Source of the DNA: a virus
Virus record (IMG/VR): IMGVR_UViG_3300028654_000012
Span: 32,001-96,000 of that record
Length of the DNA stretch: 64,000 nt
Strand: one strand, 5' to 3'
Part shown: piece after piece, positions 36,445 through 44,871 of the stretch
How the letters are laid out: each line of letters opens with the position of its first letter
Numbering within the stretch: position 1 is the first letter of the stretch
Translations under genes and position numbers: made by a program
The notes under the pieces: model-generated
Database searches by the model: none
What the model saw: the letters and a program-made list of their open reading frames with translations, nothing else
Told to the model about the DNA's origin: nothing

Positions 36445-38895
36445 ATGTCTTTTGACTTAATCCCCAACCAGAATTGTTCTCTATGTGGTCTATGTAAGAC
36501 CCGTAAGGCTATCGTCAATGGTGTAGGACCTATTACATCAAAGATTATGGTGGTTAGAGAAGGTCCTAACTTTGAAGAAGATAAGATGGGATCCCCTATG
36601 CTCGGTGAAGCCGGGAGACTCTGGCGTAATCTTCTAAAACAGGCGGGCATCGATTACAGAGATATATTCATGACTAATCTGACTAGATGTCATGGAGGAG
36701 TAGTCGATTTTAAGAAAGGTCCTAAAGATCCTTCAGCTGAAGAGATAGCTGCTTGTGCCCCTTTTCTAGACGAAGAGATTAAAAGAATCCAGCCTGTAGT
36801 TATTGTACCCGTAGGTAATATAGCTCTTAGGTATTTCTTAGGAAGTAAAGTAGCTTCTATTATGACCCATAGAGGCACAGAATTCTGGTCAGAGAAGTAC
36901 AACTGCAAAGTTATCCCCGCTATTCACCCCGCTGCCATCCTTAGAAACCCTCAATATACTTCCATCACAATTCAGGACTTAGTTAGAATCAAACAGTCTT
37001 CTACATATACAGGCCTCACACCTAAAGGTGCAGGTACATATACTATCGCAGATACTTTCGATAAGGTAGAATCTCTATTCGCAGGCCTAGAAGCTGCCAG
37101 TGAGTTGGCAATAGATATCGAGACGACCGATTTAAATCCTCTCACCAGTGATATATCTTGTATTGGATTTAGCTGGAAAGAAAAGGAAGGCTGGTGCTTA
37201 CCTATCATGAAGGCAGGTGGAAGTACTGATTCCTTTTGGGACAAAGAGTATGCTGTAGCTCTCTGGGAGAGAATTAGACGTATACTAGAAGGTCCTGCTA
37301 AGAAGATTGGACACAACTTTAAGTTCGATCAAAAATTCTTCATAATGAAGGGTATCAAGTTAAATAACTTTTATTTTGATACTATGTTAGCACATCACCT
37401 CATTGACGAGAATGCTGAGAATCTACACGGCCTAAAGGACTGTGCCTGGGCATATACTGATATGGGTGGATATGATAAGGATCTAGACGACTGGTTTAAA
37501 GCTAATAAGCAATTCAAAGGACAGTATATCCAAGTACCTTTTGCTATGCTTAACGAATACTGCGCTAAAGATGCTGATTGCACCTTTAGACTTTTTAAAG
37601 TATTTGAACCGCAGATCACTAGTATGGACCTTACCAGACTGATGAGACAGATAGTATTACCTGCGAGAGATGTCTTAATGGATGCCGAACTACTAGGTAT
37701 TCAGGCAGATAAGGACTATATTGAAAAGCTTCGTGTAGAGTATTCTACAAAGAGAAGTTCTCTAGAACAGAGTATCTTTGATTCAGTAGGTAAGCCTTTT
37801 AACATTAACTCTTCTAAGCAACTGCAAGTCATCTTATTCACCGACTTAGGGTTCGCGCCTGTAGGTAAGACAAAGGGAGGAGGATTATCTACTGATAATG
37901 CAGCCATAGATCTCATTGCTAAAGCCAACCCTAACCATCCCGTACCTAAGTTACTATTAGAATACAAAGATTGTCAGAAGATCCTTAGTACTTTTATTGA
38001 AGGGTTATCTGAACATATAGATGTAGACGGTAGAGTACATAGTAATTACAAGCAGCACGGTACTACAACCGGTAGATTATCTTCTAGCGAGCCTAACATG
38101 CAACAGATTCCTCGCGAATCTATTGTGAGAGGAATATTTGTATCACGCCCTGGATTCAAGTTGATCGAGGCAGACTTCTCCTCAGCTGAATTTAGATGGT
38201 GGGCAGAGTATAGTAGAGATCCTCAGATGGTAGAAGATCTAAGGAACGGAGTAGATATTCACAGAATGACTTATGCTCTATCTCACGGAATAGATATAGC
38301 TCTTGTGACAGATTCCCAACGTCAGCAGGCTAAGGCAACAGTATTCGGACTCATGTACGGAAGAGGTACTTGGTCGCTAGCTGAAGAGCTAGGCATTGCT
38401 GAATCTGAAGCAAAGAAAATCGTAAGTATCTTTTTTGGAAGGTATCCCCAAGCCCAAGCTTGGTTAAAGCAGCAAATCTTTGTAGCTAAAAAGACAGGTC
38501 AAGTAGTTAATTACTTTGGAAGAATTCGCAGACTTCCTGGAATTACTAGTAGTCAGGATCAGGCTAGATCTGAGGCCGAGAGACAGTGCAAGAATGCCCC
38601 AATCCAGAGTGCAGCAGCTGACATGACTATGATCGCTTCTATTAGAGTTAAAAAGGCTTTAATTAACGCAGGACTTTCAGGTAACTTAGTCATGACTGTA
38701 CACGACTCACTAGTGTATGAAGTTCCAGAAAATGAGGTAGCTTCTACATTCAGTATAGTTAAGGGTGAGGCGGAGCGGCCAGTAGCAGGAGCTATAGTTC
38801 CTATGCTTGTGGATATCAAGGTAGGCACTCGGTTAGGCTCTCTAAAGAAGGTAAAGAACGTATCAGAATTATCTTCTGAATTATGTATTAAATAA
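36445..38895 (+). CDS. polA: Family A DNA polymerase with N-terminal family-4 UDG-like domain and 3'-5' exonuclease
   Basis: UDG-like: CSLCGLC, EGP, TN..RC, HPAA. Exonuclease: DIET, HNFKFD, YCAKD. Polymerase: TTTGRLSS..PNMQQIP, ADFSSAEFR, AKATVFGLMYG, VHDS. Confidence 0.94.
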   Translation: MSFDLIPNQNCSLCGLCKTRKAIVNGVGPITSKIMVVREGPNFEEDKMGSPMLGEAGRLWRNLLKQAGIDYRDIFMTNLTRCHGGVVDFKKGPKDPSAEEIAACAPFLDEEIKRIQPVVIVPVGNIALRYFLGSKVASIMTHRGTEFWSEKYNCKVIPAIHPAAILRNPQYTSITIQDLVRIKQSSTYTGLTPKGAGTYTIADTFDKVESLFAGLEAASELAIDIETTDLNPLTSDISCIGFSWKEKEGWCLPIMKAGGSTDSFWDKEYAVALWERIRRILEGPAKKIGHNFKFDQKFFIMKGIKLNNFYFDTMLAHHLIDENAENLHGLKDCAWAYTDMGGYDKDLDDWFKANKQFKGQYIQVPFAMLNEYCAKDADCTFRLFKVFEPQITSMDLTRLMRQIVLPARDVLMDAELLGIQADKDYIEKLRVEYSTKRSSLEQSIFDSVGKPFNINSSKQLQVILFTDLGFAPVGKTKGGGLSTDNAAIDLIAKANPNHPVPKLLLEYKDCQKILSTFIEGLSEHIDVDGRVHSNYKQHGTTTGRLSSSEPNMQQIPRESIVRGIFVSRPGFKLIEADFSSAEFRWWAEYSRDPQMVEDLRNGVDIHRMTYALSHGIDIALVTDSQRQQAKATVFGLMYGRGTWSLAEELGIAESEAKKIVSIFFGRYPQAQAWLKQQIFVAKKTGQVVNYFGRIRRLPGITSSQDQARSEAERQCKNAPIQSAAADMTMIASIRVKKALINAGLSGNLVMTVHDSLVYEVPENEVASTFSIVKGEAERPVAGAIVPMLVDIKVGTRLGSLKKVKNVSELSSELCIK

Positions 38896-38896
38896 T

Positions 38897-39328
38897 ATGA
38901 GCACAACCACATTACTCGTTAAGTTAAATAGTCCTGACGCTAAAGTACCTTTTAAAGCACATCCAGATGAAGATGCTGGATTTGACTTAGTAGGTACTCA
39001 TGATGCGACAGTTAAAGCTTTTGAATCGGCTATAATCGATATCAAATTAAGTTTAGGCATTCCCAAAGGATTTTATGGCCAATTAATGACTAGATCTTCT
39101 ATGGGTAAAGCTGGCCTACGAATTCACCCAGGAGTTATCGATGCGGGGTACAGAGGCAATATCTCTGTAATAGTAATCAATCTAACTAGTAGAGACTACG
39201 AGATTCATACAGGAGATAGAGTAGCCCAGCTACTAATCTTACCTGTACCTAAGGTAAAGATAGAAGTAGTAACAGAATTACCTGAGTCAAGTAGAGGCGA
39301 AGGCGGCTTTGGAAGTACAGGAAAATAA
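38897..39328 (+). CDS. dut: Trimeric dUTPase
   Basis: AGFDL, RSS, GVIDAGYRG, RVAQL, RGEGGFGSTG. Confidence 0.95.
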   Translation: MSTTTLLVKLNSPDAKVPFKAHPDEDAGFDLVGTHDATVKAFESAIIDIKLSLGIPKGFYGQLMTRSSMGKAGLRIHPGVIDAGYRGNISVIVINLTSRDYEIHTGDRVAQLLILPVPKVKIEVVTELPESSRGEGGFGSTGK

Positions 39329-40261
39329 ATGGAGACTCTAATGGAAACAGTTAATACAGGGAGCCGGTTGGAAACAATTTCACGTAATGGTGGATTTAAG
39401 AAGTCAGCTCTCCCGGACGTACATATTACCCCTGACGAAAGAGGGATTGAGATTAATCGCGTCGGAGTAGAAGGGGTAGCAGTACCTATTGTGTTAAATA
39501 GAAAGGGTGGCGGGGAGCCTGTAAAGACTTTAGCTAAGGTAAATATGTTTGGATCCTTAGAGAAGGAATTAAAGGGAACCAATATGAGCCGATTTGCTCA
39601 ACTGTTTGTTACAGAGGATAACCATTCGGTTCTATCAGGTAATTCATTTCCCGACCTATTAGAAAGACTATCAACTAGCTTAGGAACAAAGGATGTATAC
39701 ATTTCTGCAAGCTTTGATTACTGGATGAATAAGACTACTCCTGTAAGTAAGATTTCCGCTCCTTCAGGGTATGCCTGTAGATTTATTGGACAGCTCGTAT
39801 CAGGTAAGTTGAAGTTTGTTACGGAAGTAACAGTTCCCGTAGCTTCTTACTGCCCTTGTAGTAAAGAGATGTGTCTTACAGATCCTAAGACGGGTGTAGG
39901 TCTCGGAGCTCACGCGCAGAGAGGTCTAGTAACTCTACAGGTGATCACTAACCCTCCTACTCCAGGACTATGGCTAGAGGACATGATTCGCATCGCAGAG
40001 ACATCAGGTTCAGCTGAACTATACCCTATTCTTAAGAGAGAAGATGAGAAGTACGTCACTATTGCAGGATATGATAATCCTAAGTTCGTAGAAGACATCT
40101 CTAGAGACGTAGGTAACAAGGTTCAGTTACTACCTGACGCCGTTTGGTATAAGGTTAGAACCCGCAATCTAGAATCTATTCATCCGTACGATGTAACTTC
40201 GTATGTCGGACAAATTAAGAAAGGCGATGAGTGGGTATCTGACACCCGCAGTTTCTACTAA
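39329..40261 (+). CDS. folE2: GTP cyclohydrolase I type B
   Basis: INRVGV, KGTNMSRF, YCPCSKE, AHAQR, LKREDEK, NPKFVED, ESIH. Confidence 0.93.
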   Translation: METLMETVNTGSRLETISRNGGFKKSALPDVHITPDERGIEINRVGVEGVAVPIVLNRKGGGEPVKTLAKVNMFGSLEKELKGTNMSRFAQLFVTEDNHSVLSGNSFPDLLERLSTSLGTKDVYISASFDYWMNKTTPVSKISAPSGYACRFIGQLVSGKLKFVTEVTVPVASYCPCSKEMCLTDPKTGVGLGAHAQRGLVTLQVITNPPTPGLWLEDMIRIAETSGSAELYPILKREDEKYVTIAGYDNPKFVEDISRDVGNKVQLLPDAVWYKVRTRNLESIHPYDVTSYVGQIKKGDEWVSDTRSFY

Positions 40262-40271
40262 AGAGGATACC

Positions 40272-40661
40272 ATGAGAGACGGAGAAATATATAGAGTAGT
40301 TGGCGCAAACAACGCACAGATTGAACAAGCGTTTAATCAGTTGCGTATGGAAGTAGTTACCCTTCAGGCAGCCCTTATTTCTGAGGTACTACGTACTCAA
40401 GCTATGGAAGAAGTGTTAGTAGAAGTTACGGCAGCTGCTAACCCTCCTAAAGATGCCCTTAACTTACCTGCTCCGTTAGTTGTAACAAAAGAAGCTATCG
40501 AAGCTAGGTTTAAAGCTAAACTAGAAGCTTATGAAAAGAAAATCGAAGAGCGTAAAGCAGCTCAGGCAGCAGCGAGAGAAGCAGCGGCAGCGCCAAAGAT
40601 CGTCGCTCCGACGGCTGAAGAGATGGCTAAGATCAATCAACCAGTAACACCTAATGCATAA
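40272..40661 (+). CDS. Helical hypothetical protein
   Basis: GAGG RBS before the ATG at 40272, which avoids the overlap with folE2. Confidence 0.6.
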   Translation: MRDGEIYRVVGANNAQIEQAFNQLRMEVVTLQAALISEVLRTQAMEEVLVEVTAAANPPKDALNLPAPLVVTKEAIEARFKAKLEAYEKKIEERKAAQAAAREAAAAPKIVAPTAEEMAKINQPVTPNA

Positions 40662-41208
40662 GAATCCGTACATCGTATTTGCAGGTACTCAGTCTGTAGG
40701 AAAGACTACCTTAGTTAAAGCAACTATACCTCTGCTACAGGAATTATATAACAAGCCTGTATATCATATAGCTGAAGTAGCTAGAAAGCTGAGTGCTCAA
40801 GGACATACTATCAATAGCGCCAGCAACGGTACCACCCAGCGATTAATAGAGGATGGGTATGCCGCTGAGGAAGCTGCTAATGCTGATAAAGTCTTAATAG
40901 CAGATAGAAGCGTCATAGATAGATACTCCTATACTTTATTGAGTAAGGCCGTAGAAGATGTAAGCTTAGTGCAATGGTATGAACATTTTATTCCTAGCAC
41001 GTGTGCCAAGTATAGTCATATCTTCTTCATCCCTCTGTCTGATGACGTTAAACTTGAAGTAGATGGGGTTAGATCTTCTGATGAGGATTTTAGAAAAGCT
41101 GTAGACACTACTCAGCAGATGATAATTAACAAGTTTAATATTAAAGTCACTAGATTACACGGCTCTACTGAACAACGACTTGTACAGATAAAAAAGGCTT
41201 TACAATAA
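40654..41208 (+). CDS. P-loop nucleoside monophosphate kinase-like protein (AAA_28-type)
   Basis: GTQSVGKTT, E.AR, IADRSVIDRYSY, 'DGVRSSDEDFR' lid-like segment. Confidence 0.75.
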   Translation: MHKNPYIVFAGTQSVGKTTLVKATIPLLQELYNKPVYHIAEVARKLSAQGHTINSASNGTTQRLIEDGYAAEEAANADKVLIADRSVIDRYSYTLLSKAVEDVSLVQWYEHFIPSTCAKYSHIFFIPLSDDVKLEVDGVRSSDEDFRKAVDTTQQMIINKFNIKVTRLHGSTEQRLVQIKKALQ

Positions 41209-41209
41209 T

Positions 41210-41977
41210 ATGATTATTAGCTACGAGATCCCTACACCTAATCTAAAGGACCTAGGAAAGTATAACGATTATAGTTTTTGCTTAGCTCATCTTGCTTTGC
41301 AAGATAAAGCGTATGTAGCTTACTATAAAAACGCTCCTGGATACAAAATAGTAGATAATTCTATTTTCGAATTAGACCATGCACTTCCGTACGCGGATGT
41401 TATGAAGGCAGCTGGCATCTTGCGAGCTAATGAAGTAGTATCACCAGACAGTTTTCAGAATAGTGCGAAGACTATAAAAGCAACGGAAGATTTCTTAAAA
41501 TACTTCTCTGCAGCAGGATTAGTGGGTAAGTATAAGGTAATGGGCGTTGTTCAAGGATCTAACATACCTTCATGGGTTAAGTGCTTTACGTGGATGGATA
41601 AGAACCCTTTGATTGATGTTATAGGTATCAGTTATGTGGGATGTGCTTCATTCTCTACAGAGCCTACTGATTCTAGAGTAAAAGCAGTTAAGTATGCTAT
41701 AGACCATATCAAACCTACCAAGCCTCTACATCTATTAGGCATTGGCGGAAATCCTATGGAAGTAGCTCTACAGAAGACATTCTCGCAGGTACGTAGCTGC
41801 GACACGTCTATTCCGGTAGTAGACGGCTATTACAACGTTAGATACGATATGGAGAAAGGCTCTAATATCTTACCTAAGAACAAACGTCCTTCTGATTATT
41901 TCAATTTAACTTTGAATAGCAGCCAGTTGACCGATGCAAACTTTAATATGCAATGTATGAGAAAGTGGATCACATGA
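41210..41977 (+). CDS. Divergent TGT-fold transglycosylase (DpdA-like)
   Basis: Ordered motifs IVDNS, PD, GVVQG, VIGIS, LHLLG, RSCDTS correspond to TGT/DpdA DSG, QG, G, HxLG, DS; no tRNA-TGT zinc-binding C-terminus seen. Confidence 0.68.
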   Translation: MIISYEIPTPNLKDLGKYNDYSFCLAHLALQDKAYVAYYKNAPGYKIVDNSIFELDHALPYADVMKAAGILRANEVVSPDSFQNSAKTIKATEDFLKYFSAAGLVGKYKVMGVVQGSNIPSWVKCFTWMDKNPLIDVIGISYVGCASFSTEPTDSRVKAVKYAIDHIKPTKPLHLLGIGGNPMEVALQKTFSQVRSCDTSIPVVDGYYNVRYDMEKGSNILPKNKRPSDYFNLTLNSSQLTDANFNMQCMRKWIT

Positions 41978-42609
41978 GTTACTTTAAACAACGGGGATTA
42001 ACAGACCAGACCGTTAAGACGTTTAATCTAGGATATTGTGATACTTCCGGTTATGTAACAGTACCGGAAGTTTCTTCTTTTATAGATAGGCGGTTCTATC
42101 ACAGTGCCCTGTTCCCTATATACAATTTATATAACGTCCCTATATCTGTGTCGGCGAGACCTTTATCCCCGGGATCTCCTTTTAAGTATGTCCATACACA
42201 TTATGATAAGGCCCACCACATGTACGGGCTCAATGTAACCTGGCCGGATATCCTTAAAGCTCGAAAAGCGTATATAGTAGAGGGTAACTTTGACCTCCTG
42301 ACCTTGTATCAATATGGTATTACAAACACCGTAGCAATGTTAGGGTCTCAATTTTCTCCTACGCAACTTTGTCTATTAACAAGATTTTGTGATGAAATTG
42401 TTATAGCCACGGACGGAGATGAGCCCGGGATTAAGTGCGCAAGTAAAATTATGAAGTTATGTCAATCAAGAGGCATTAAAAGTTCATTATTAAAACTACC
42501 TCCTAACATGGACCCGGATAATTTTGTTAAGACCTATGGGGCATCCGCTTTCTTAAAATTAGCCCCGAAGACATTATCAGAGATGTTACAAGGAGGTTCA
42601 AGTGCGTAA
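41974..42609 (+). CDS. DnaG-type primase catalytic core (TOPRIM) lacking the zinc-binding domain
   Basis: Starts MSYFKQRGLT...FNLGY; KY.H, YIVEGNFD, ATDGDEPG, MDPD; ATGA overlap start at 41974. Confidence 0.87.
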   Translation: MSYFKQRGLTDQTVKTFNLGYCDTSGYVTVPEVSSFIDRRFYHSALFPIYNLYNVPISVSARPLSPGSPFKYVHTHYDKAHHMYGLNVTWPDILKARKAYIVEGNFDLLTLYQYGITNTVAMLGSQFSPTQLCLLTRFCDEIVIATDGDEPGIKCASKIMKLCQSRGIKSSLLKLPPNMDPDNFVKTYGASAFLKLAPKTLSEMLQGGSSA

Positions 42610-42627
42610 TTTATTCCAAGAATAACA

Positions 42628-43233
42628 ATGAACGATATCGCAGTCACGGACAGCTTAGGATTACCGAGAGTAAAAAGATGGTATACGTTAAAGACAAATG
42701 GCATAGCTAATATTCGATCAATTAATGCGTGCCTCAAAGTAGCGCCTGAAGTACCTAATTTTTGGATGGCGGGATATATGGTTCCCCGCAAGATTAGAAA
42801 AACCACTACCCTTAAGAAAGATTTTTTCTACTACGATTACGCATTCCTCGAATTAGAAGATGCAATGACATTCGAGAAGTTCTTATCAGATCGCCACATC
42901 CCCGCCTACTTCCTTCACCACGTTGGAACTAAAATCCCTCAAGCTTTAACTGAACAAGAGATTTCAGATATTAAGCAATTAGAGATTTTAAAGCAACTTG
43001 AAGTCGAAGCATTTAAGACCCCTCTATTAAGATCCGGAGCTTACATTGAAGTAACTCACGGACCCTTTATTGGGTGTAAAGGGATAGTCAAAGAGATTAC
43101 AGGATCGTATGCAGTGCTTGAAATGAATGTTTTTGAGAGACCCACATCGGTTAGAGTAGAGCTAGAGTTCCTAAAAGACCTACTTCAGTCATGTGAGCCC
43201 GTAGCAGAATGTGTAGATGAAGACACCGAATAA
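42628..43233 (+). CDS. NusG-family transcription elongation/antitermination factor
   Basis: NGN-like 'WYTLKT...FFYYDYAFLEL' plus KOW 'GAYIEVTHGPFIGCKGIVKEI...VLEMNVFERPTSVRVE'. Confidence 0.78.
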   Translation: MNDIAVTDSLGLPRVKRWYTLKTNGIANIRSINACLKVAPEVPNFWMAGYMVPRKIRKTTTLKKDFFYYDYAFLELEDAMTFEKFLSDRHIPAYFLHHVGTKIPQALTEQEISDIKQLEILKQLEVEAFKTPLLRSGAYIEVTHGPFIGCKGIVKEITGSYAVLEMNVFERPTSVRVELEFLKDLLQSCEPVAECVDEDTE

Positions 43234-43612
43234 TAAATCTTTCCGTGGACAGACCGATGTCAACACCGATAGGTTCATTTTTCGCATACAGCGAGAAATA
43301 CCTATTGAAGACGTCGAATTAGAGAAGTTAGTAAATGATAATCAGACAGCGATCGCGCAGACTCAGACGGACGAAGAACGACTAACTGAGCGACAAGAGT
43401 TTCAAGAAAAGCGTAAAGAGTTAGTCGAAAAGTTGTTTGCCGCGGCGACTAAGGTACTCACAGACATACAGTTTCAAATATTTACTTCCTATTTTGTAAT
43501 GGGAATGAGCGAGCCCCAGATAGCGTCTTCTATGAACGTAACGCAGCCTTACATAAGTATTGTGTTAACGGCGTCGATCAAAAAGATCAAAAAAGAACTC
43601 AAGATCGACTAA
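43217..43612 (+). CDS. Sigma70 region-4-like HTH protein
   Basis: LTDIQFQIFTSYFVMGMSEPQIASSMNVTQPYISIVLTASIKKIKK. Confidence 0.72.
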   Translation: MKTPNNKSFRGQTDVNTDRFIFRIQREIPIEDVELEKLVNDNQTAIAQTQTDEERLTERQEFQEKRKELVEKLFAAATKVLTDIQFQIFTSYFVMGMSEPQIASSMNVTQPYISIVLTASIKKIKKELKID

Positions 43613-43619
43613 CGACCAA

Positions 43620-43658
43620 TTGTCGTACCCGTTATCCCTCTGTTATATATAATATAAT
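43620..43658 (+). promoter_or_regulatory. Sigma70-like promoter (TTGTCG-18 nt-TATATA, TGn extension, tandem TATAAT)
   Basis: ttgtcg tacccgttatccctctgt tatataatataat, upstream of 43690. Confidence 0.45.
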
Positions 43659-43689
43659 AGCAATTTAACTTAGTAACCGGGGCCTAATA

Positions 43690-44871
43690 ATGTCTGCGAC
43701 AATATATGTAAAAGACGATGGGGATTATTTTTTAACAGCTGCCCAATACTCCCTATTTAAAACCTATTCAGATTTGGCAGTTAATTGGGTTAAGGTAGCC
43801 GAAGATAACGTTGATCTAACTCCTGAACAGCAAAAGGAGTACAACGATAATATAGCTAAAGCCGTTGGATGGGCTAAGAGCTTAAAGTTTAAACCCGAAA
43901 TGGGTATAGACCCCTCCTCATTCGCACACACAATTCTTCTTCACGCAGTAAAGACTTACGATGGAGCTAAAGGTACAGCATTCTCAACATGGCTCTACAG
44001 AATTATGCAGCAGCAAGCTGCCACACTTTGGAACAAGTATACTAAGTATTTAGAAGACACCTCAGGCGGAGAAAGATCGTTAGCCGAACCAGTATCAATG
44101 CCTGGAGGAGAAGAAGTAGAACTAGAGCAGTTACTTGAAGGTGTAGAGCAGTTAAGAGTACAAGACGATCCCGCCTATAATATCCTCCGCAGTCAACTTA
44201 AAGACCTCCTCGGCCAAGCCGATCCCTCAGGCAGACTTTTCCGCATCTACCGTATGTTAGTAGAGGAAGGTCTCTCAAACCCCCAAGTAGCCTCCGCTGA
44301 AAATCTTTCACCCTCTCGAGTTACGGGACTGGTTAAGAAAATTCAAGAAGTTCTAAAGAACCACGGAGACATTAAAGAGCTATTGGAGAATGGAGGATCT
44401 ACAGAAGAAAATAAAACTTCTGCAATTCGCCGGTTTATCTTTAGAGAAGGAGACCACGTCAACGTAATGTCTCTGGATAAACCTGGAGTAATTATTAAAG
44501 CTTATAAGGGAAATGTATTTGAAGTAAGATTAGATTACAATAACAATATTACTCGTACAGCCCGGCACGATCTAGAAAAGTATTCCACGGTAACTGATTC
44601 TGTAATTAAAGCCTCAAAGCATTTCTTCGGGTTGAGTATCCGAACTCCCCGTTGCTACGCTGCTCGCGTTAATAATAACGATAAATCTGTAATAGCTGTT
44701 CTTGAATTTAGACCCACATCTGAAATTACTACCCTAGCCAGTCTATACATGGGAAATACTATTGCGGGCAGTGTTGAGATTTCTGAAGGATCACTAACAA
44801 ACTTAGTTGATCTCGTTAAGATAAAAATGGGTACAGATGCTAAATTAGACCCCGAGTTTCTATCACTTTAA
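43690..44871 (+). CDS. Sigma-factor-like protein fused to a C-terminal SH3/KOW-like domain
   Basis: Region-2-like 'KTYDGAKGTAFSTWLYRIMQQQ', region-4-like 'GLSNPQVASAENLSPSRVTGLVKKI', then 'FREGDHVNV...PGVII'. Confidence 0.62.
   Translation: MSATIYVKDDGDYFLTAAQYSLFKTYSDLAVNWVKVAEDNVDLTPEQQKEYNDNIAKAVGWAKSLKFKPEMGIDPSSFAHTILLHAVKTYDGAKGTAFSTWLYRIMQQQAATLWNKYTKYLEDTSGGERSLAEPVSMPGGEEVELEQLLEGVEQLRVQDDPAYNILRSQLKDLLGQADPSGRLFRIYRMLVEEGLSNPQVASAENLSPSRVTGLVKKIQEVLKNHGDIKELLENGGSTEENKTSAIRRFIFREGDHVNVMSLDKPGVIIKAYKGNVFEVRLDYNNNITRTARHDLEKYSTVTDSVIKASKHFFGLSIRTPRCYAARVNNNDKSVIAVLEFRPTSEITTLASLYMGNTIAGSVEISEGSLTNLVDLVKIKMGTDAKLDPEFLSL

Noticed and set aside
22807-38895. Inteins or introns in DnaB, RecA or PolA
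   Set aside because: Motifs are contiguous and lengths are normal; no C...HN splice junctions or internal homing endonucleases were seen.
25517-41977. que genes as an auxiliary pathway for host tRNA queuosine
   Set aside because: Disfavoured rather than excluded: no queF, queA or queG/H in the window, the TGT-fold protein lacks tRNA-TGT zinc-binding features, and the genes sit among DNA replication genes.
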